From IMG/VR virus record IMGVR_UViG_3300028844_003870: a stretch of DNA of 49,893 bases; one strand, written 5' to 3'. Origin of the DNA: a virus. Below, piece after piece: positions 35,288 through 43,950 of this stretch. Each line of letters starts with the position of its first letter. Position 1 is the first letter of the stretch. The notes beneath the pieces were generated by a model. It did no database searches. It was not told the origin of the DNA and was given only the letters and a program-made list of their open reading frames with translations. A program made the position numbers and the translations under genes.

Positions 35288-35335
35288 GCTTTTCTCCTTA
35301 TTGGTGCAACAGGTTATTCCGCTGCACCTATTTAT

Positions 35336-36538
35336 TTAATATTTACCAAACATTCCAGCGTCGTCAGAGTTTCCGACTTCTTCCTGGTGTAGCATATAGT
35401 TTTGACGGCCAACTTCTTTGCCGCATACATGGTATTCAACCATGACGCACTCTAGCTCACTCAGATAGCCTTTTGATGCGTGCCATGCATCATTGGGAGC
35501 TAAGTTTGCAAAGCCTTCTACCTTGCCGCCTAGGGACTCAATGACTGATTTAGAGTGAAAGTGACCGTGTAATGCTCGACGCAAAATAGTATCGCCCCAC
35601 ATTTTAGGCTCTTTAGCAGACATATAAGGGATCATCTTTATTGGTGTGATGTTGTGACCATGAGTAGCCATGAGCATAACTTTACCGAACTGATAAAACC
35701 ATGTATCTGCTGGGGACATTTCTATTGATACCCGTGGTTCATTTCTCCAGTAGGCGTCCATTTGATAGCGCAAAGCCATTGCCAGCTCTAAGTCATGATT
35801 ACCTAACACGTTTCTCACAACTACTTTTTTGTGCTTCTGCAGTGCCATTTCTGTGATCTGGTTCATAACTTGGCATGTGATTCTAAATATCTTATCAACA
35901 CGACCATCTGCATCTAATGGGTTGCCACTTGCCTTGGTGGAATGTGTGTCATCATGAAAGTGAATTGCATCACCTAAGTTTAATATGATCGCTGTTTCTG
36001 AGTTGTTTGCACGTCCTATTAAGTCGGCCATTGAATTTATCATATCGCTTGTTGCAATCTTAAGATTGAAATCTACTCCTACCTCTTCATGCCAGGCGTG
36101 CATACCAAAGTGCATATCACCGATGTTGTAAACACTTAGCAAGTCTTTGTTATTTTTACGTGGCACTCGTATCTTTGGCGCTAAACCTTCGATCTGTTTA
36201 GTCATATCAGTAAGAACTCGGCTTACTGCTGCAATAGGATCGTTAGCTTTTGTCTTGATCCAACAAGGCTTACCCTCTGCATTGGTAACCATGTTAGAGA
36301 CTTCTTTAATATGAAACCCATCTGGAACCATGTCGCCAATACCTACATCATGAGGCTTGGTTAGTTGTTTATTTGCCTTGTTACGTACCGCTTTTAACTG
36401 TTGTGTAACGCAAGGCTGTGTAATGCCCAAGTGTTCAGCTACGGCTTTTTGCGTGCCTAATTTAACAAAAGCATCTACAATTTTTTTCTGCTTGTTAGTG
36501 CAAAACTGGTCTATATTTGGATCTGTGTAATCAAACAT
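35336..36538 (-). CDS. HTH domain fused to a calcineurin-like metallophosphoesterase
   Basis: N-terminal KIVDAFVKLGTQKAVAEHLGITQPCVTQQLKAVRNKA (sigma-r4/LuxR-like HTH), then IGDMHFG, LGDAIHFHD, LGNHD, THGH, HGHFH phosphoesterase blocks. Confidence 0.75.
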   Translation of the reverse strand: MFDYTDPNIDQFCTNKQKKIVDAFVKLGTQKAVAEHLGITQPCVTQQLKAVRNKANKQLTKPHDVGIGDMVPDGFHIKEVSNMVTNAEGKPCWIKTKANDPIAAVSRVLTDMTKQIEGLAPKIRVPRKNNKDLLSVYNIGDMHFGMHAWHEEVGVDFNLKIATSDMINSMADLIGRANNSETAIILNLGDAIHFHDDTHSTKASGNPLDADGRVDKIFRITCQVMNQITEMALQKHKKVVVRNVLGNHDLELAMALRYQMDAYWRNEPRVSIEMSPADTWFYQFGKVMLMATHGHNITPIKMIPYMSAKEPKMWGDTILRRALHGHFHSKSVIESLGGKVEGFANLAPNDAWHASKGYLSELECVMVEYHVCGKEVGRQNYMLHQEEVGNSDDAGMFGKY

Positions 36539-36572
36539 GGTGTTTCCTTATTTTGTGTTGAATTGATAAAAT

Positions 36573-37598
36573 TTAAAGTGCTTCGCATGATTCAGAGCAT
36601 CCGCCATCTTCATCTTCTGAAGACTTTCTCATGCTTCTAATTGTGCTTTCAAGTTCAGAACGACTCAGATGCTCGAACTTCTTGATGATTGAATCTATAT
36701 TATTATTTCCACGATAAATAATTCCGTGCTTTTGTAGCTCATGTATTTTTGGCAGGTCTTCTCTTAAGTTCGCTTTGTTTAAAGCTTCCTTCCATTTTTC
36801 AAATAACTCTGGCTCATCCCTAATTGCCAATGCAATTTTATTGACTGACTTTTTCACGCAGAAAACACAGTTTCCTAGGTGTTCTTTGATCTCTAAATCA
36901 AATGGCATCTTAGACCAAAACCTCAACACGTCAGATTTGTCAAAATCTGAAATCTCAGCAAGATAGTGTAAGTCTTCTTTTTTATCTCTAGCATCAAGGT
37001 AATTGAATGCGTTTTTAAATGCGATTGCGTGTTCAGCTCCGTTATAAAACATTTTCGCAAATGGCAATTCACCGCCTTCTGCCCAAGCTAAAAACATATC
37101 TGAAATATATTCCTTGTCGTAACCTAATGATGAAAGCTCCTTGTACGCTTCCTGTCCTATTAATCTTGATGGTTCATCTCGACGAATACCTAGCCACATC
37201 TCACTTCCGTTTTTCCCAAAGTTATCAACGCGCCACTTATCAGCAAGCGTTTTCTTTAACTCTCTAGTGCAAGAAGCAGCATTGAAGCTTGGCTTTCCGT
37301 ATTTCTCCATTACTTGTGTTATTGGTAGCATGTCACAACCAATCTCATCGATAGGTACGACTTTGTAATCGCTAGACTTACGCCCTGTTCTTACTATTGG
37401 TCTTAGACACGCCAAGTCTATTTCAAAGTGATTCACTACGTTCTTAATGAAGTCATAAGTTTTAGGGTGCTCGGCTCCAGTGTCTAGGTATAAGAATTTA
37501 ATATTATTCTTGCCAAACTTCTTAATCATCTCTGCAACGTTTACTGCGCTAGATCTTCCGCCGCTAAAGCTTGATACTATTTGCTTTGAATTGCTCAT
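36573..37598 (-). CDS. PAPS-reductase-family PP-loop ATP pyrophosphatase-like protein
   Basis: SFSGGRSSAV (PP-loop SGGxxS) and YLDTGAEHPKTYDF (PAPS_reduct-type block); CVFC and CSESC cysteine pairs. Trimmed to the ATG after GAGGAA. Confidence 0.75.
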   Translation of the reverse strand: MSNSKQIVSSFSGGRSSAVNVAEMIKKFGKNNIKFLYLDTGAEHPKTYDFIKNVVNHFEIDLACLRPIVRTGRKSSDYKVVPIDEIGCDMLPITQVMEKYGKPSFNAASCTRELKKTLADKWRVDNFGKNGSEMWLGIRRDEPSRLIGQEAYKELSSLGYDKEYISDMFLAWAEGGELPFAKMFYNGAEHAIAFKNAFNYLDARDKKEDLHYLAEISDFDKSDVLRFWSKMPFDLEIKEHLGNCVFCVKKSVNKIALAIRDEPELFEKWKEALNKANLREDLPKIHELQKHGIIYRGNNNIDSIIKKFEHLSRSELESTIRSMRKSSEDEDGGCSESCEAL

Positions 37599-37674
37599 TT
37601 TATTCCTCAATGGTGATTATAATGCTCATTGCCCCATGATTTTTAGTTGATGGGGAGTATAGTCGTCGGGTTAT

Positions 37675-37878
37675 TTAAGCAATGCGTTTAACAATTAATC
37701 GGCCAGATGATGTGACAGTGGAAAACTTCTTTCCTGACTGAGCACCGTAAACATGAACGTAACCCTGCAATCTTTTTTCCATTGTTGCTAAGTCTCCCAC
37801 TTCCATTTTTTTAAGTGGGTGTGACTCTCTAGGCTTGTGCTTGTCAAACTCTGCTTGCAACTCTTCTTGATTTGTCAT
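37675..37878 (-). CDS. hypothetical protein (67 aa)
   Basis: ORF track; GGAGACACC upstream. Confidence 0.55.
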   Translation of the reverse strand: MTNQEELQAEFDKHKPRESHPLKKMEVGDLATMEKRLQGYVHVYGAQSGKKFSTVTSSGRLIVKRIA

Positions 37879-37890
37879 TGTGGTGTCTCC

Positions 37891-37950
37891 TTATTATTTA
37901 ATATATATTTAATATATAGGTTATTATTTATATATGCAAATTATTATTTA
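37891..37950. repeat. AT-rich iteron-like cluster
   Basis: TTATTATTTA at 37891, 37921 and 37941; TTTAATATATA twice between 37897 and 37918. Confidence 0.6.
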
Positions 37951-38160
37951 AAATTTATTACTGACGAATGTGGTCACTGATACCGTTTTCTTTTTAAGAC
38001 CTAGATCAGCAAGCATTGCATCAGATGGTGGTTTATTCTTGTTAAGAACGGCATTAAGATACTGCCTAGATACACCCTTTCTTTCAGCATAAACGCTATT
38101 TCTGCCGCATTGAGCTTTAATGAATTTCTCTAGTTTTTTAATTACTTCATCTATTTCCAT
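37948..38160 (-). CDS. Cro/YdaS-like HTH regulator
   Basis: NSVYAERKGVSRQYLNAVLNKNKPPS; first gene of the minus-strand early block; trimmed to the ATG after GAGGAG. Confidence 0.6.
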   Translation of the reverse strand: MEIDEVIKKLEKFIKAQCGRNSVYAERKGVSRQYLNAVLNKNKPPSDAMLADLGLKKKTVSVTTFVSNKF

Positions 38161-38187
38161 GCTTTTCTCCTCTGTTGATTTACACAA

Positions 38188-38759
38188 ACAATATAATAGT
38201 AATATAGAGATGTCAACCTTATTTTGGCTTACAAGTTAAACCGTTTCTTGGTTGACAAAAATGGGGCTTTTTACCAATTTTCTTGAACATTGAAGGTGAT
38301 CCGCACGTAAAAAACAATGCAATCTGTCACTTTAAACGGGCTTGCAAGCCTTGGTATCACTAGCTTTATGTTTTTTAGATACCTCTATTTGCAAAAGTAC
38401 AGTGATATCCCCCACTACCAACCTAGCACCAGATAAAACTAGCCTCTCTAATCTAATAAAAAATAAATAATATAAGGGATTTATTGTATATATTATTATT
38501 ATAAGGAATTATTTAGCTAAAAAGCTTTATAAATCAATAGCTTACGTCATTTTCAAATGTGCAGGCGCTTGTGTACTTAGACTGTACTTATACAGAAAAT
38601 TTTTTTTGATGATGGTAAGTTGTTGATAAATAAGACTTTGATATATTTCTCAATGTGCACAGTAAATAAATCACGCCCATTCAATCAAAGCTATACCACC
38701 AAAGCCCCATAAGTGGTAAAGTTTAATCTCATTATTATTTGTTTTTTATAGGGGGATTT
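38188..38759. other. 570-bp noncoding control region (divergent early/packaging junction)
   Basis: No ORF of 60 aa or more. Palindrome GGCTTGCAAGCC 38339-38350; inverted repeat GTCAACC (38212)/GGTTGAC (38250); TGTACTTA motifs at 38395-38401 (rc), 38572-38579, 38583-38590. Confidence 0.6.
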
Positions 38760-39197
38760 ATGGCGAAGGAATTGTGGGAGGTTGTCAAAAGACCCGGGCA
38801 ACCTGCAATATTCAAATCATCGGATGAACTATGGGATAAAGCAGTTCAGTATTTTGATTGGTGTGGAGATAATGTCATGCTTGAAGAAAAGGTTGGGTTC
38901 TTCCAAGGCGATCCTACTTCTGCATTCGTAGCACACAAGCGACCAATGACTCAGAACGGGCTTTGTGTTTTTATAGGCATCAGTGAGCAGACGTATAGAA
39001 ACTACCGCGAGAAGCCCGAATTCTTTGAGGTCTGTAGTACCATAGATAGCATTATGTTCGAACAAAAGTTCTCTGGTGCTTCTGTTGGGTTGTTTAATGC
39101 AAATATCATTGCTCGTGATTTAGGGTTGTCTGATAAGCAGGAAGTTAAAGTTGATAACGGTAGCGTGACACCGTGGTCTGACATTGCGGAGGATTAA
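38760..39197 (+). CDS. terminase small subunit (putative)
   Basis: 145 aa directly upstream of and overlapping terL; ELWDKAVQYFDWC N-terminal motif; GGGGGA RBS. Confidence 0.6.
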   Translation: MAKELWEVVKRPGQPAIFKSSDELWDKAVQYFDWCGDNVMLEEKVGFFQGDPTSAFVAHKRPMTQNGLCVFIGISEQTYRNYREKPEFFEVCSTIDSIMFEQKFSGASVGLFNANIIARDLGLSDKQEVKVDNGSVTPWSDIAED

Positions 39198-40678
39198 TGG
39201 GTAAAAAATTAATATGGAATCCTCAAGATTCATTTAAGCCATTCTTCAACACTGCAAAAGAGGTTTTGAAATATAGATCTGTGTTCAAGGAAGGGATCCA
39301 ATATATGATCCCTTATGGCGGCCGTGGTAGCGGCAAAACTTGGACGTTTGCAGATGCAATAATTGTCGAGGCATCACTGCGACCAATACGCGTACTGGTA
39401 ACGAGGGAAATGCAGAACTCGATCGTTGAATCAATCAAGCAAGAGCTTGAGGACGCAATAAAAGGACGGGAGCTTGAAGGATTCTTTGACATACAAGAGC
39501 GAGTCATTAAAGGCATTAACGGATCTAGATTTATATTCAAAGGTATCAAGGCCAATATAAACAACTTAAAATCAATATCCAACGTTGATATTGTTCTTGC
39601 TGAGGAAAGCGAATCAATAACTCAAAACTCATGGGAAAAGCTTCTTCCGAGCATACGCCCAAAGAGTGGCAAAGATCCTTTGTTCATTATAATCTTCAAT
39701 CCTGGCTCAAGTCTAGATGATACATATCAAAGGTTTATTATAAACACCCCGCCCGGTTCAGTTTGCAAACTTATCAATTGGCGAGATAACGAATATTTCC
39801 CTGCTCACTTAGAAAAGCAAAGGAAACACGCGTTACTTACCTTACCAAAGAAACAATATGATCACATATGGGAAGGTGTGCCACTAGGCTCAGAAGATAA
39901 CGTAATCATTGATTTAGAGTGGGTTAAATCTGCTAGGTTCGCAAGCAAGTTGGATAGCTGGGTTGTTACTGGCAAAAAAGTTGTTGGTTACGATCCAAGT
40001 GGTCAAGGGCGAGATTACAATGCTGTTGCTGTTTTCGATGGTAACTGCTTAATTGAAGTTGATGAGTGGTTGCGCTCGTCAGACCTTCGTGAAGCTTCAG
40101 AGAGAGCATTTAGCTATGCAGTCAAGCACAACTCCAAGTTCTTTACATACGATGAATGTGGCGGCTTTGGGGATGGTGTAGACGTATTTGTTAAGGATGC
40201 AAAGATTGCTGTTAAAAATGAACTGCTAAAGGAAAAGAAAAAAGCACAGGCCGCAGACTTCATTAAAATGCGTATTAGTGGGTTTAATGCTGGTAACCAA
40301 GTTCATAATCCTGACTCACGCATCAAGGGAACCAAGAAAACTAATGGTGAAATGTATGCAAACCTTAAGGCTCAAACGTGGGCTATTGTGGCTCAACAGC
40401 TGTATAACACGTATCGTTACGTTGTACTTGGGGAGCGAGATATTGATATGCGTGACATGATCTCGATTGATATTGAAGATGACACGACTTTTAATAAGCT
40501 TGCTAAGGAATTATCTACTGGAATTTGGGAGAAATCAGAGGCTAACAGCAAGAAAAAAGTTGAGTCGAAAGATAAAATGTTTAAAAGAACGTCCCAACCA
40601 TCACCGAACATTGCAGATGCATTCGTGATGACCAGGACCCCCAAACTACCAAGCGGAAACATTAAGGATTTGCTTTAG
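39197..40678 (+). CDS. terL: terminase large subunit
   Basis: YGGRGSGKTW Walker A, VLAEES Walker B-like, C-terminal nuclease region; 493 aa. Confidence 0.9.
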   Translation: MGKKLIWNPQDSFKPFFNTAKEVLKYRSVFKEGIQYMIPYGGRGSGKTWTFADAIIVEASLRPIRVLVTREMQNSIVESIKQELEDAIKGRELEGFFDIQERVIKGINGSRFIFKGIKANINNLKSISNVDIVLAEESESITQNSWEKLLPSIRPKSGKDPLFIIIFNPGSSLDDTYQRFIINTPPGSVCKLINWRDNEYFPAHLEKQRKHALLTLPKKQYDHIWEGVPLGSEDNVIIDLEWVKSARFASKLDSWVVTGKKVVGYDPSGQGRDYNAVAVFDGNCLIEVDEWLRSSDLREASERAFSYAVKHNSKFFTYDECGGFGDGVDVFVKDAKIAVKNELLKEKKKAQAADFIKMRISGFNAGNQVHNPDSRIKGTKKTNGEMYANLKAQTWAIVAQQLYNTYRYVVLGERDIDMRDMISIDIEDDTTFNKLAKELSTGIWEKSEANSKKKVESKDKMFKRTSQPSPNIADAFVMTRTPKLPSGNIKDLL

Positions 40679-40683
40679 TTTTT

Positions 40684-40707
40684 AGCCCCTTAATTGGGGC
40701 TTTTGTT
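40684..40707. terminator. bidirectional terminator
   Basis: AGCCCC-TTAATT-GGGGCT followed by T's; near-identical to 43745-43762. Confidence 0.7.
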
Positions 40708-41035
40708 ATTCAAATGAAATTTTACCTAGTGATTCGCCTATTTTGTCGATACTATCTGGAGAAACTCCGTCAATATCACCCTCTTCTGCCACAAGATCTA
40801 CACCATCCCACATTTTGACGCTAACATATCCATCATCTAAGCAAGGATACCAATGCCCTATAATTAAATTGACCTTCTTAACTCTAATTTGCCTTTTACC
40901 GCGCATATCAGCAAGAACATCGTCAATATCAATAACGCCTGTAGCTATGTGGTCAAACTCTTCAGGTGCTGTATTGCGGTCGTCTAGCCATTTCTTGGTT
41001 AGCTCTGAGTGTGGGTGTTTATTCGGTGCTTTCAT
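40706..41035 (-). CDS. hypothetical protein, paralog A (109 aa)
   Basis: Shares MK..NKHPH, GHWYPCL and SLGKI.F with 43947-44306. Confidence 0.6.
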   Translation of the reverse strand: MKAPNKHPHSELTKKWLDDRNTAPEEFDHIATGVIDIDDVLADMRGKRQIRVKKVNLIIGHWYPCLDDGYVSVKMWDGVDLVAEEGDIDGVSPDSIDKIGESLGKISFE

Positions 41036-41092
41036 AATAACCTCTTAAATTATTGTTAGTTTTACTAGTATACGCGCCACTTAATATTTATC

Positions 41093-41108
41093 CGTGACGC
41101 GTTTCACA
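41093..41108. promoter_or_regulatory. CGTGA-N6-TCACA dyad
   Basis: CGTGACGCGTTTCACA followed by CTTTA, as at 10956 and 44801, but no plus-strand gene follows. Confidence 0.45.
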
Positions 41109-41110
41109 CT

Positions 41111-41392
41111 TTAATTAATATCAAGGTAAATAGACGAGCCGCGTGTAATTCCATACGTGGCCTCTATGTTTGATGTGAATATCACTTTGCACCCGAACAG
41201 TTCGATTGTTTTGTCTTTCATAACTGCTCGATATTCAATCCCTTCTGGTATTTGCTCAATGAACTGCTCCATACAGTAAATCGCATAGCTAGGATTATCA
41301 TAATAAGCGATAGTGACCTTTGATTTGCGCATACCTTCTTTGATTGAGTCTACGCGTGTGAATCTTGTTAGTAGGCTTTCTATGAATTGCAT
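41111..41392 (-). CDS. hypothetical protein (93 aa)
   Basis: ORF track. Confidence 0.55.
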   Translation of the reverse strand: MQFIESLLTRFTRVDSIKEGMRKSKVTIAYYDNPSYAIYCMEQFIEQIPEGIEYRAVMKDKTIELFGCKVIFTSNIEATYGITRGSSIYLDIN

Positions 41393-41395
41393 TGT

Positions 41396-41572
41396 TTAAT
41401 CCTTTTTATATACTGGCCGGAATTTCTGTTTTCCATTGGGGTGTGTGCAGTAATCATCCCTTATGCGCTTTGAAGCTGAAATTATTCCTCGAAGTGAAAA
41501 CAGGACAGCCCCAATCTTCCCGCTTGTGTAAACTCGATTGTACCCTATAACTTCTGGCTTAATTTGTTGCAT
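41396..41572 (-). CDS. hypothetical protein (58 aa)
   Basis: Hand-translated MQQIKPEVIGYNRVYTSGKIGAVLFSLRG...; GGAG RBS; fills an otherwise empty 150-nt gap. Confidence 0.35.
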   Translation of the reverse strand: MQQIKPEVIGYNRVYTSGKIGAVLFSLRGIISASKRIRDDYCTHPNGKQKFRPVYKKD

Positions 41573-41919
41573 GCTTGCTCCTGTTTAACTAAGATATAAA
41601 CGATTGTTACAGCGCGTTTAGGATTTTTGCCCATAGCCAGCATTTCATTGCTAAATTCAGTCCTTACAAACCACTCTACTTCACCTCCTAAATTAACAGG
41701 GTCAAGCCCTATTTTAAATTCATCAATCAAATCTCCGCAATTCGACCAACTACCGCAAGGGTTGTAGCTGCCATCCACAAACGCCCCGTTAACGTGAACC
41801 TGCACACCAAACTTTGCAGGGGATGTTGTTATTTCACCGCTGTCATAAAAATTATTAGCCGCGACCACGTTTAATTCAAAGTCGCTCATTGATTCTAATT
41901 GTTCTTGTGTAAATTCCAT
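41545..41919 (-). CDS. NinX/DUF2591-like protein
   Basis: MSDFELNVVAANNF...YNPCGSWSNCGDLIDEFKIGL resembles the NinX family (from memory). Confidence 0.55.
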   Translation of the reverse strand: MEFTQEQLESMSDFELNVVAANNFYDSGEITTSPAKFGVQVHVNGAFVDGSYNPCGSWSNCGDLIDEFKIGLDPVNLGGEVEWFVRTEFSNEMLAMGKNPKRAVTIVYILVKQEQACNKLSQKL

Positions 41920-41933
41920 TGTTAACTCCTTAG

Positions 41934-42278
41934 TTACATTAAACCGGCTTTCTTTAGGATAGCCTCTGCGTCAGTTATGGTGCTTGTGATTACTTGCTCG
42001 ACTGGCTTTCTACGCTTGCCCTGCATGCTTCTTTTTATGTTACCCTTTATTATCATGGCCTCTTGTTGCGCCTCGCTAATAAAATAAAGAACACTTCTAT
42101 TTTTGCCAGGCTTTTGACTGATTAGCTTTTCTTTTCTTGATAGCATCCACAACCTAGTATTGGCTATGTGCAAATCCATCCCAGTAGCCTCTGCAAACTC
42201 GTATTTATTAAACCATCTATCAACGGGCGCTGTTTGTGCTATCTGCTTAAGCGTTGTTGTTACTTGTTTCTTTTTCAT
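41934..42278 (-). CDS. hypothetical protein, possible winged-helix DNA-binding
   Basis: ORF track; basic; FAEATGMDLHIANTRLWMLSRKEKL. Confidence 0.5.
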   Translation of the reverse strand: MKKKQVTTTLKQIAQTAPVDRWFNKYEFAEATGMDLHIANTRLWMLSRKEKLISQKPGKNRSVLYFISEAQQEAMIIKGNIKRSMQGKRRKPVEQVITSTITDAEAILKKAGLM

Positions 42279-42341
42279 TGGATGAGCCTTAATTATCTGT
42301 TTAAATTACCCATCTATAATAACTAATTTATTTAATGTACA

Positions 42342-42357
42342 ATGTGAGGACTATCAC
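42342..42357. promoter_or_regulatory. perfect TGTGA-N6-TCACA dyad
   Basis: TGTGAGGACTATCACA, 26 nt upstream of the portal ATG; closely resembles 18049-18067. Confidence 0.55.
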
Positions 42358-42383
42358 AATTTGCAAATTGATGAGTAAAATAA

Positions 42384-43739
42384 ATGAAATATAAACAATT
42401 AGATTCTGGAATACTGGTCCAGTATAGCGGTAAAGATTACGCAAAAGATGGGCTAATTAATATAGCTAGTGGCCTTGGCACATCTAAAGCCAAGTCATCT
42501 CACAACACCTGGGCGCATGAGGCTACAAACTGGCCTGAGCTGTCAGCTATGTATCAATCAAACTGGATTGCTCGTGCTATCGTTGATGAGTGGGCTGCTG
42601 ATGCTGTTCGTGAATGGCGATCTATTAAGTCTGAAGGTGCAGAGGAAGTCGAGCAATTAGAGGATGAGTTGTGCCTGCCTCAGATTGTTGAGGAAGCTAT
42701 TGCGTGGTCTCGCTTATATGGCGGCGCTGGTGTTGTGATGATTACGAACCAAGACTTAGAAAAACCTTTAAACGTTAACAACATCAAAAAAGGCGACTTA
42801 GAAAAGTTTTTGGTGTTTGACCGCTACGATTTAACTCCATACGGTGATATCAATACGTGGGACTTGTTGGCCGATAATTACATGCGACCAGAGTTTTACA
42901 ATGTATCCGGTGGCTCTCAGCGCATACATCACTCGCACATTGCACTGTTTAATGGCGCTAGACTTCCAAAGCGTGAAGCTCGTATAAACTTTGGCTGGGG
43001 TGACAGTGAGTTGCGCCGCTGTATCACTGAAATCAACGATATGGTTTCATCTAAGGGCGGTATTGCTGAGCTTATGCAAGAGGCCAATCTTGATGTTATT
43101 ACTCGCAATGGCTTAATCGACGAACTTGCAACAGACCAAGACGATGCCATTATGCAACGTTATGAAGTGTTTTCTATGATGAAGTCAGTCATTAACATGG
43201 CTCTGCTTGATGGCGAGGAGAAACTGGATCGTCAAACTCTACAGTTAGGAGGTGTTGCTCCTATACTTGATACGTTCATGACGTGGATTTGTGGTGCGGC
43301 TCGTATGCCTGAGTCTAAAGTATTTGGTAAAGCTGCAGCAGGATTGTCTAACACTGGCGAGCAGGATTCTAAAAACTATTACGACTCTATCCGTAGCAAG
43401 CAGAAAGGCGACATATCCAGAGCAATGCGCACGATAGATGAAGTGCTAGTCCGCTCTGCCATGGGTAGCTTTCCAACTGGATACAGTTACGAATGGAATC
43501 CACTTGCGCAATTAAACGGTGTTGAAGTGGCTCAAGCTGAACTGTTGCAAGCGCAGAAAGATCAAATCTACCTAGGTATGAGTATTGCCACGCGCTCGCA
43601 AGTTATGCGCAATAAGCAGTCAAATGAAGAGTATCAATATAAAGCCGATGAAATAGATAAGCTTGAAGAACTGGAGGAAGGTAATTTGTTTGATGAGGTT
43701 GATATTGAACCAACCGAAGAAGTAGATATAACTGAGTAG
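42384..43739 (+). CDS. portal protein
   Basis: 451 aa near terL; acidic C-terminus; DUF1073-type portal by recollection. Confidence 0.8.
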   Translation: MKYKQLDSGILVQYSGKDYAKDGLINIASGLGTSKAKSSHNTWAHEATNWPELSAMYQSNWIARAIVDEWAADAVREWRSIKSEGAEEVEQLEDELCLPQIVEEAIAWSRLYGGAGVVMITNQDLEKPLNVNNIKKGDLEKFLVFDRYDLTPYGDINTWDLLADNYMRPEFYNVSGGSQRIHHSHIALFNGARLPKREARINFGWGDSELRRCITEINDMVSSKGGIAELMQEANLDVITRNGLIDELATDQDDAIMQRYEVFSMMKSVINMALLDGEEKLDRQTLQLGGVAPILDTFMTWICGAARMPESKVFGKAAAGLSNTGEQDSKNYYDSIRSKQKGDISRAMRTIDEVLVRSAMGSFPTGYSYEWNPLAQLNGVEVAQAELLQAQKDQIYLGMSIATRSQVMRNKQSNEEYQYKADEIDKLEELEEGNLFDEVDIEPTEEVDITE

Positions 43740-43741
43740 TA

Positions 43742-43769
43742 AAAAGCCCCGTGATTGGGGCTTTGTTTT
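43742..43769. terminator. bidirectional terminator
   Basis: AAAGCCCC-GTGATT-GGGGCTTT followed by T's. Confidence 0.75.
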
Positions 43770-43950
43770 ATATAAGCGATAGGCTTGTGATTGTTAAGTT
43801 AAAAGCCCACTCGCTATTAATTAGCATTTTTAGATCTCGATAGTCTTCAGTCGATTTTACTTTTGTCTTTAGCGTGACTACGCCATCCATGTAACCCATT
43901 TCACCGGGTGCAATTTGACACTTAGCGCAATAGTGATATGTAAACATCAC
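43768..43950 (-). CDS. hypothetical protein (60 aa)
   Basis: ORF track; ATGA-type overlap with the upstream gene. Confidence 0.5.
   Translation of the reverse strand: MMFTYHYCAKCQIAPGEMGYMDGVVTLKTKVKSTEDYRDLKMLINSEWAFNLTITSLSLI

Noticed and set aside
38694-38702. 9-mer CCACCAAAG shared by the two large noncoding regions (also near 46905-46913), and GCTTGCA-type similarities
   Set aside because: About one shared 9-mer is expected by chance between two 500-bp segments. Not used as evidence. Only the repeated TGTACTTA word seemed enriched.
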